Origin: Chlorokybus atmophyticus
Taxonomy: Eukaryota > Plantae > Mesostigma and Chlorokybus algae
Length of the DNA: 44,641 bases
NCBI GenBank assembly: GCA_009103225.1
Contig: RHPI01001611.1
Coordinates: forward strand, 1 to 44,641
Direction: 5' to 3'
The notes under the pieces were generated by a model. That model was not told the DNA's origin. It was given only the letters and a program-made list of their open reading frames with translations, and made no database searches. Below are positions 24,861 through 34,098 of the stretch, piece after piece. Positions within the stretch are counted from its first letter, which is position 1, and every line of letters starts with the position of its first letter. Position numbers and translations under genes: made by a program.

Positions 24861-25655
24861 GCCCAAGAATACAAGCCGTCAATAGTAGAAGTGTGCAAGT
24901 GCACAAACACGCAAGTTGTGCACTGCAAAAGTGTTAAAATCCATAGATTTTGTCTCGTCAAGTTTCAAGTGCTTAACGTGGAGTATGCAGCTCAAACAAG
25001 AGCTCTCTACACACCTTTTTAATAGAAACAAACCGCACGCGAATCCACGCGGCGGTTCACAAGTTACAACTTGTCAAAGTTTTCACTTTGTACAACTCAG
25101 CTCAACCCACAATTGTAATTGACACATAGGGTGCCAAATCTTGTTGAATCAACCCTACAGGCTGATATCAACGAGTTGTGAGTTGTGAGTTTGATATTGG
25201 CCGCTTAGAGTGACTCTGGCGGCCTCACCGCACTGACTGGCATTAATGGCAGCTGATGTTGCCACCGGACTGCCTCACAAGGGTTGGTTTTGTGAATACA
25301 ATTACACACCCTTCACACCACCACAAATCCACGTGGTGGCAAGCACACAAGCACAAGCACGGTAATGTTATCACAATAATGTGATTACAAGTGATGTGCT
25401 GGGCATGTAATGCTTGGGGGATAGGCTGCCTGAGTGGCCGCCTTCCCCTACAGCAAGCTAGGCTAGGCTAGGCTAGGCCAAGGCAGCTCGGCTGCGCTAG
25501 GCTAGCAGGCAAGCATGCAAGCTAACTACACCAGCAGCAGCGTTTAACTACTACAATAACGACATCTAACATTCATCACTACCCACCCTAGTGGGTAGCG
25601 GCTGCTAGTGTCGCCGTCGCCGCCGCCCCCGCCGCCTGCCGCCTAAGCCCGCCGN

Positions 25656-26839
25656 CATTCGCGGCCAAACTTAAGGACGTGATAGGTCGCATTGATACCT
25701 ACCCGTAGAGACTATGATGTAGGAAAACGGCTTAGTTGATTTTAAGTTATAAATTTTACAAAATGGACATTTTTGGGTTAAAAATGGGTATGATTGCCCC
25801 AAGCTTTGGGGCGTAATGACTTGGTCATGTGGTGTTTACCAGGGCGATAAACTGAATGGGGTTTTTTGCATTGAGTTTGTATGCCGATAGAGAGCTTACT
25901 TCCCAAGTTTCATGCAATTCGACGCGGATTGTAAGAAGAGGGGGTGCTCCCTCCTCTTTTTAATCCCCTACCCCAACACCGCCACCAGCCACGACGCCGC
26001 TACCGCCGCCGCCAGGGCAACTGCCGAAGCAGAAGATCCCCTGGCTATGGCGGCTGCGTTAGCAGCGCTGTCGTGCGGCTGATACGAGTCTCATGAGTCT
26101 CATGTCGATATCAGTGTTACAGATAAGTAACACTACATTAGGGCCTTAACATAGGTTAACGGCTCAAATATGGCTTAAACGGCTTTATAATCCCGTTGAG
26201 GCCCTTATTTAATCCTAATTAAGGGCGGGGAACCTCTATGGAGGTAGCACACCGTTGCATTGGACCCCGCCCTTAATTAGGATTAAATAAGGGCCTCAAC
26301 GGGATTATAAAGCCTATTAAGCCATATTTGGGCCGTTAACCTATGTTAAGGCCCTAATGTAGTGTTACTTATCTGTAACACTGATATCGACATGAGACTC
26401 ATGAGACTCGTATCAGCCGCACGACAGCGCTGCTAACGCAGCCGCCATAGCCAGGGGATCTTCTGCTTCGGCAGTTGCCCTGGCGGCGGCGGTAGCGGCG
26501 TCGTGGCTGGTGGCGGTGTTGGGGTAGGGGATTAAAAAGAGGAGGGAGCACCCCCTCTTCTTACAATCCGCGTCGAATTGCATGAAACTTGGGAAGTAAG
26601 CTCTCTATCGGCATACAAACTCAATGCAAAAAACCCCATTCAGTTTATCGCCCTGGTAAACACCACATGACCAAGTCATTACGCCCCAAAGCTTGGGGCA
26701 ATCATACCCATTTTTAACCCAAAAATGTCCATTTTGTAAAATTTATAACTTAAAATCAACTAAGCCGTTTTCCTACATCATAGTCTCTACGGGTAGGTAT
26801 CAATGCGACCTATCACGTCCTTAAGTTTGGCCGCGAATG
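25656..26839. repeat. Large palindrome: 575-bp arms (25656-26230 and 26265-26839), 34-bp spacer, starting at a single N (25655)
   Basis: The arms are reverse complements with 3 mismatches seen, all in the LTR part. Each arm holds about 300 bp of LTR and 274 bp of flank. Confidence 0.93.
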
Positions 26840-28008
26840 GCTAGCAGATATCAACAAACAACCCCCATATCCCCAAGTTGGGGGCGGTTCCCAAGTTGGG
26901 CACATTTACCCTAGTGCTCCCGAAATCTTGCTACTTTAACATGTCATGTACAGCATGATGTGCTTTTAAGTCATGTCGTGTCATGCCGGCATATGCATGA
27001 AGCAACTCAGGTCTCATGCGGGCTCCATTCTGGGCCAGAGGATTCTGGCGCATGTCACTTGTGCTCAGACTTGTTTGCTTGAGTTGCCGGCGGCACGGCT
27101 CGGTCTTTGAAACCTCAAACACCAGAGTCCACAGCAAGTCAGTCCAGTCTTCGTGTCAAAAATTTTTAGAGGGCGGCATTCTTACTACCTACCTTGTTCT
27201 CTTTGACCGGCGTTGCCAGGCCGGGGCGACAAGTTTCGTGTCACATGTCACATGTAGCCGCTGCGACAAAGTCAAGCTTACCGCAAAGACTTTCTCTCCT
27301 ACCTCTCATAGGAGTTTTCGCATTATGTTGAGCCCGCTTGTTGACGCTGTGGGCGGGAGGGAGGAGGGGGCGGGCGGCGAAGCCTGAAGCCTAAGCCTGG
27401 TAAGAGGTTGTTGTGGTTTGCTAGCCGGAAGGTGCAAGACGCCGTCAGTGCTGCCTGTTTGTGTACCGACCAGGGCAACAGCTTGCTCAAGCTTGGCTGA
27501 CATGCACACATACCGGCGTAGCAGTGTACTGCTTGCGTTGCTTGACGCTAGCCGCTGTAGCAAATCTACGGCTTCTGCATTTTGCCTTCGCGTTGTTTGA
27601 TGTGGTCGCTCACGTTCAGCCATGCTGTAGACATGTCCATAGTTGCCGCCATCATGCTCGCCAGCTGAATTGAGCAATGCCATGCTTCATGCTCGCTAGC
27701 TTATCGCAGTAGTGCCATGGCCAGTCCGACTCGCCGTAGCTTGACTGGGCTGGTATTTGGTTTAGGACAGCTTACCCCTCCACGTTGATCTGACTGGCAA
27801 GCGTACACACATTGAGTAAGTCTGGCATGCAGTCTAGTTTGCAGGAGCGTTTGCACTGATGATGCGTGACGTCGCAACAGCTCCAAGGCAATCTGATTTG
27901 TTGAACATCGATTGACCATCAACACCCTCTGGCATGCGCAGTGCCCGCTGTACGAAGGGGAAGGAGCAAGAGAGCGCATGCACGCGTGGGGCTCATCACA
28001 ACCTACAC

Positions 28009-31000
28009 ATGGCTGAACAATCGCCTCCCTGGCCCACCATCCTCGCCTGCCTGGTCGGCTTGGTTGGTTTCCTGGTTGGACTATACACATTTGTGCGCAA
28101 CAGGGGAGATGCTCGGAACAGGCAGGCAGCAGAGCTGTCTATCAAGTACGATGGTGTTTATGACGCGATGGATGTTATCAGGCACTACCAGGACAAACAG
28201 GACTTCTATGTCGACTTCAAGCAGAACCGGCCACCGGAGATTGAGAAGGCTCGGATCAAACTGAGAAACTTCTGGGATTGGGTTACAACGCAGTATGAGC
28301 GCGGTTCCATCTCCAGGGACATTCTTTCTTCCACAAGCGACTGGCTTGCGAGAGGCAACAACTACCGGTTGCTGGTGGAGCCCATCGACATTGCCAACTG
28401 GTATTCTCCAAGGGGGGGAAATTTTCATGCCTCCACCGGCAAGCATTACCTTCGCCTCTCGGTTGCCGAGGCTGTTCTGCGGCCGCGACGTTATTACCTG
28501 CTGGAGCAGGCATATCGCAATGCGTATCCCGAGAGGAATGAGAGCTCGATTGATTGCGCATTGCAGGAGCTCATCACTGCTGGGGTTACAGGGGCCCGGC
28601 AACCCGACGATGACCTCAGGCAGCAGGCTCATCAGCTCTCCAATGACAAAGCGGAGTCAGCGACAATGATTAGCAACCTGGCACTCCTATCAAATGACCT
28701 GGGCAAGCACAGTGCCCCAGTTGCAAACCGTATTGGTAAGCTGGTGACCAACACAAACAATGCCATTCCAAACGTGCTTGATGTGTCTTGTGTTGATATG
28801 TATTATGCATTTGGGGTCAAGGTTCGTGTTGATGCTGTGCAAGTCATTCCTTGTTCACCAGCTGAGTGCAAGATGGCAATTCTGTCAGTCGTAAGGCCAT
28901 AAGAACTGACTGACAAGTCGACTCGCAGAGAGGGTCGACTCGCTGTCAAAGCCTACTCATCACACACACTGCGACGTTTTCCTTAGCTATACAGAACCTG
29001 ATATTAAGCCGGATTTCATCGACAGCTTGCATCGCATTTTCAACGAAGTAGGTATCACCTGCTTTGCTAAGCTCAGCTTGCAGCCCGGGGAAACCAACCA
29101 AGCATGGGATGTCATCAGTGCCAATGTACAATCCGCTCGCATAAAGATACTTGTTCTATCTCGTGGCTACGTGGACTCCTGCTACTGCCTGGAAGAGCTG
29201 CGCGCCATGATGGAGAATCCAGACAACATCATGCCCATCTTCTATGACAAAATTGGCGACCTGAATGCCATGACAGTACAGGAAAGCATTCACAGGTGCG
29301 CGTGTTCTACTGTCGTCGCCAATCAATCAGCAAATATTCCTGATGGCCAACATGTTGTGTGTTTTCAGCACATGCCAGCGCAGTGGATACCTATTTGTCC
29401 AGAAGGAATTTGAGTACAATGAGGCTTGGAAGAAAGCATTGGATATAACGGGCCGGATGCGTGATCAGTTCAAGTAAATTGAGTCGTCACTTGTGTACGT
29501 TTGCTGTGGTGTCATGCCTGGTTTCTGACGTTTGGTCTTGGTCAGCACCACGAGTGCTTTAGCTGAGCAAGTGGCGAAAGACGTGCTGAACAAGTTACGT
29601 CCCCCTGTCTTGGAAGTCGCCATGTATCTGGTGGACATTGATCGCCGCGTTGAAGATGTACTCAAGAAGTTGAGTGCTGCTACCGCTGGAAGCAAGGTCG
29701 TCATGCTGGGTCTTTGGGGCATGGGCGGCATTGGGAAGACCACACTTGCAAAGGCGATATATAACAAACTGTACAACAATTTTGCTGGCAGCTGTTGCGT
29801 TGTAGACGTCAGGACAGAAGCTGGTCAAGAGAAGCTGGTGCAGCTGCAACTGCATATGCTTCAACAGCTGGCTGAGTTTCCCTTGATAAATGCATCCCAG
29901 TCGATTGCTGAAGGAAAGGCACTTCTGAGAAATCATTTGCAAAAGAGAAAGGTGCTGCTCTTTGTTGATGACATCTGGAGCGAGGATCAGAAAGAAGCCT
30001 TGCTCGGTCCTTTCAATCTGGAGGACGCCAACCCTCTGTTGGGTGAAGGAAGTTGTGTTCTGGTGACCTCTCGTAACCGCAAGTTGCTGAGGGGGCATGA
30101 GAAGCATACATTGGTGTGGGAAGTGTTACTGCTCGACTATCAGTCTGCTAGAGAACTGTTCTGCCAGTATGCCTTCAGGTCGCATCCAGTGCCTGTACAG
30201 TTGGAGCCAATCGTGACAAATATCATCAGGGCGTGTCAGGGCCTGCCGCTCATGCTTGAGGTCGTGGGCTCCTTTCTGGGCAAGCGCAGCAGCAGTGATG
30301 GGCAGATTTGGAAGGACACACTGGATCAACTACAGCAGGTGATGGTCGTCGAAGGTACAAGTGACAACCGATTGTGGAATTTATTGATGCAAAGTTATGA
30401 TAGGCTATTGCCTGATCTACAGCATGTTTTTCTCGACATCTGCTGCTTTGCACTGGGGAAGAACAGGGACGTTCTGCTTCCTGTGTGGGGCAAGCGTGCA
30501 CGATTGATCCTGAATCACCTGCTGGAGTTGTCTTTCATTCGCTTGGTACCAAGCAAAAGTCTGCATGCTGGTCATTGCTCGTCAGCTTTTGCTGGCAATG
30601 CTATGGTCCTTTTAGTACATGACCAGCTCCGCGACATGGGGCGAGCGATTGCCCATCTTGCCAACCCGCGCAAGCACATCTGGATGTTAAAGGCCATAAG
30701 CGACATACCTCAGAACAAGGTATGCGCGTGTTCCATGCATGGTGCTCTTCTGAGTTGCTGAAATTGCATGCGTGCATTGCGCAAAACAGAATTGTAGTCT
30801 AGAAACTCGTCACAACTTATGTATGCTGGCAATAACGGCTGTTGCCCACACATGCTGTTCAACGCAGGACTACGAGTTTGTCGAGACTTTGTCTTATGCT
30901 GGTGGCAACTGGAGTGAAACAGTATATGGCATGCCCTTCATGCCTAGTCTCCGCTTGCTAGATCTTGGCACAATTGATTGGGATGGTGCATTTCTCCGGG

Positions 31001-32241
31001 GGCTCCCCAAAGAGCTGGTCTATCTGGAGTGGGAACATCCACGCTGTTCAGCCTTGCACACTATGCTGCGCAATGTCGCGGCATGCACAAAGTTGGCTGT
31101 ACTGGTCGTAGGACAACCCATCGACAATGGATCAACTCTGCTGATCGAGTCCATTGGAAACCTCAAGGCGCTGCAAATCCTGGTGTTGAGGGGCTGCCAA
31201 TGTCTGCAAACAGTGCCTAACGAGCTTGGCGGGCTTGCTAAGCTACGGACTCTAGTTCTCACCAACGCTGGTTTGCGCATGCTCCCCCCGTCCGTTGAAA
31301 AACTCATGGCTCTGCAAACGCTTGATCTGAGCGGGTGCAGCAGATTGGAGGCGCTGCCGGAGTCCTTTGGCAAGCTCGCTGCTCTCCAAGAGCTGTACCT
31401 GAGTAAGTGTGTCAGCTTGGCAGCGCTGCCAGAGTCCTTTGGTGAGCTCGCTGCTCTGCAGACGCTGGACCTGAGTAAGTGTGTCAGCTTGGCAGCGCTG
31501 CCAGAGTCCTTTGGTGAGCTCGCTGCTCTGCAGACGCTGGACCTGAGTGAGTGCGGCAGCTTGTTTGTTCTGCCGAAGTCCTTTGGTGAGCTCGCTGCTC
31601 TGCAGACGCTGGACCTGAGTGAGTGCCGCAGCTTGGTGACGCTGCCAGAGTCCTTTGGCAAGCTCACTGCCTTGCAACAGCTGCAACTGAACGAGTGCGG
31701 CAGTTTGGGGGCGCTGCCGGAGTCCTTTGGCAAGCTCGCTGCTCTGCAAGAGCTGTACCTGAGTAAGTGTGTCAGCTTGGCAGCGCTGCCAAAGTCCTTT
31801 GGTGAGCTCGCTGCTCTGCAGACGCTGGACCTGAGTGAGTGCGGCAGCTTGTTTGTTCTGCCGGCGTCCTTCGGCAAGCTCACTGCCTTGCAACAGCTGC
31901 AACTGAACGAGTGCGGCAGTTTGGGGGCGCTGCCGGAGTCCTTTGGCAAGCTCGCTGCTCTGCAAGAGCTGTACCTGAGTAAGTGTGTCAGCTTGGCAGC
32001 GCTGCCAAAGTCCTTTGGTGAGCTCGCTGCTCTGCAGACGCTGGACCTGAGTGAGTGCCGCAGCTTGGTGACGCTGCCAGAGTCCTTTGGCCAGCTCGCT
32101 GTTATTGACAAGTTGGACCTGAGTGGATGTGGCAGCTTGGCGGTGCTGCCGGAGTCCTTTGGTGAGCTCATCGTTCGTCGAGAGCTGGACCTGCGCTTGC
32201 CACTTGGCGGCGCTACTGGAGTGCTTTGGCAAGCTTGCTGA
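28009..32241 (+). CDS. TIR-NB-ARC-LRR (TNL-like) receptor with N-terminal TM segment and unknown domain; 5 exons, about 1290-1300 aa
   Basis: Proposed exons: 28009-28890, 28931 (or 28952)-29295, 29369-29473, 29546-30719, 30868-32241. The last three introns are GT-AG with consistent phases; the first intron is inferred. TIR CDVFLSY...YCLEEL, P-loop GMGGIGKTT, Walker B VLLFVDDIW, VLVTSR, GLPL, FLDICCF, VHDQLRDMG, then 24-aa LRRs. Confidence 0.85.
31312..32175 (+). repeat. 12 x 72-bp LRR coding array
   Basis: Consensus LQTLDLSECxSLxxLPESFGxLAA; several units are near-identical at the DNA level. Confidence 0.95.
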
Positions 32242-33676
32242 CCAGGGACAGCTGTATGTCAGCGGGTACCCACACTTGCAGGTGCTGCTGGCATCAGCAG
32301 TCAGTACGCTGGCTCCTGCTGTTGCTGTTGATGATGCTGCAGCAGCAGGAGGAGCTGTTTAGCAGCAAGTATGGGTAAATGTCAGGTCTTCATTCATCTA
32401 CCACTGGACTCGTAGCTACTACAACAATAGGACAGAAGCAAGTACAGTGGCATGGCGGCACTGCCAAGAGCCTTATGTTGTCTTGCTGTTATTATTATTA
32501 TTATGTGCACAATGGACGTAGTCCGGTGCGGCAACTTGGCAGCGCTGTAGTATCAATGCCCCTAAACTGATCAACAAGTTAGCCACACACTGGAGCAGCT
32601 GCGTGGCAGGTATTGAAGTTACTGCTAATGGGTGGGGGTTGAGCATGCCTAGTGAGGTGAGAGTGAGAGTAGGGACATTGCCTGATGGTAACCAATGTGA
32701 TATAGTGATGTGTGTGGACGGCTGCCTGCATGCATGTGTGGCAATGCGGCAACAAAGTGCGAATGTCAACATGCATGATGCAGCACCCTGCATATGCAAG
32801 AACAGTGGCACAAGTAGTAGTATAGTAGCACCCTGCATACACATTCACAATTCGCAGCTGTTCAAGCGACGTGCAGACAGAGTACACACATACACATGTA
32901 CATATGTACTCAGTCAGCTCCAATTCGCCTTGAGTAACTGGCGGAAATAATGCCATAGCAGCTTCCATTCTCATGCCCCGGCAAGAAAGCTGACATGCAC
33001 ATGCTAACTTGTACACAAGCAAGCTGGCGCACACACCCACTTTCCTGCAATGACCGATAGGCGCAGACACGCTCGCACTCACTCTCTCATATGCCGACCT
33101 ACTATGTGCATACGCATCCTGACTGACACACATGAGGGTCATGTTTAGTCCCATACACTACACTGAAAGTACAGACATCCACTCCTGAACATGATCGTAC
33201 ACGCACACATTGGACATGGTGTGGAGCGCAGGTTGATGCTATGCCAGATAGGATGCGCTAACTTCTGTAAGCAGCGGTCTGAATGTCTGGCTAGCAGCCA
33301 GCCTCATTTGAGGTTGCACCGCCAGAGATGGCGGCGCTCAAGTCCACCTGCAGTCGCACAGCTGTTGCATGTCGAGGGTGCGAGCTGCGGCGTGGAATGT
33401 TGTTGTCTATAAGGTTGTCATGTTTTGCAATACTGCTACCAAAAAGAGTGGTAGGCGGGGATGGGACTTTGCCGTCAAGTGCTTGGTGCCGTGCATGCAG
33501 GTTTTAACCCAGAGCAGATTGTGTGGCGGTGCTAACCTCACAACCTCATCGCCACGACAGCAGCAGTCGACCTTGCTGGCTGGGGTGCGAGCAGCGCAGC
33601 CGCCAGGGCTGATGACGTGAAGTGCGGCTATCTGGTTGTGGCAAGGCATGGTAGCAAATGACTACTTAGCATTGGC

Positions 33677-33678
<2 letters not shown>

Positions 33679-33731
<53 letters not shown>

Positions 33732-33732
33732 N

Positions 33733-33827
<95 letters not shown>
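33679..33827. repeat. (GA)n microsatellite with a single N at 33732
   Basis: Seen directly. Confidence 0.97.
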
Positions 33828-33830
<3 letters not shown>

Positions 33831-33944
33831 TACATTACTTGCATGGTGTCTTCATTGCCATAGTCTCCACGCCTACTATTCTTCCTCGCTAACAATTGCA
33901 TGGGGGGCAAACATGTATTATACATAAAGGTAACTGTTGTAGTA

Positions 33945-34029
33945 TTGCAGACCCGGCACAGAATTTCACCAGTAGAATCTGTTCTATCAGAACAGATTCT
34001 ACTGGTGAACTTCTGTGCCGGGTCTGCAA
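33945..34029. repeat. 85-nt hairpin: 41-bp arms with one mismatch, 3-nt loop
   Basis: ttgcagacccggcacagaatttcaccagtagaatctgttct-atc-agaacagattctactggtgaacttctgtgccgggtctgcaa. Confidence 0.95.
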
Positions 34030-34098
34030 AATACGTAAAGTCGTTGACAGTACATACAGTCTGGTGTTTACAATCATTGGGAAATCAGATAGTGCAGT

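Larger units (their letters stand above)
19129..26565 (-). mobile_element. Degenerate chromovirus-type Ty3/Gypsy LTR retrotransposon, flanked by 5-bp ATCCG
   Basis: Minus-strand order gag, protease, RT, RNase H, integrase, chromodomain. 3' LTR 19129-19527 with a polypurine tract beside it. ATCCG at 19124-19128 and 26566-26570. Confidence 0.9.
17924..26911. mobile_element. Non-autonomous TIR element with TA TSD (Tc1/mariner-pogo-like), host of the nested Gypsy
   Basis: Left TA|GGGTAAATGTCCCATACTTGGGG. Right CCCAAGTTGGGCACATTTACCC|TA. AT-rich interior with recurring CCCCAAG(T/C)TTGGGG-like motifs. Confidence 0.7.

Noticed and set aside
25125-25150. Gypsy primer-binding site (TGGCACCC on the minus strand) next to a TGTTG LTR start
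   Set aside because: The adjacent sequence does not match the element's LTR, and no partner or TSD was found.
19129-26565. DIRS-type element, suggested by inverted terminal repeats
   Set aside because: It encodes a DDE integrase, protease and chromodomain, has a polypurine tract and a 5-bp TSD, and shows no tyrosine recombinase.
31312-32175. CRISPR-like regular repeats
   Set aside because: The units are contiguous in-frame LRRs with no unique spacers, in a eukaryotic context with no cas genes.
31020-32232. Long antisense ORFs (383 and 326 aa) over the LRR exon
   Set aside because: They are by-products of a stop-free 72-bp repeat and show no independent protein features.
33677-33892. ERER-repeat ORF (also the minus-strand ORF at 5112-5456)
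   Set aside because: Translation of GA/CT microsatellites.
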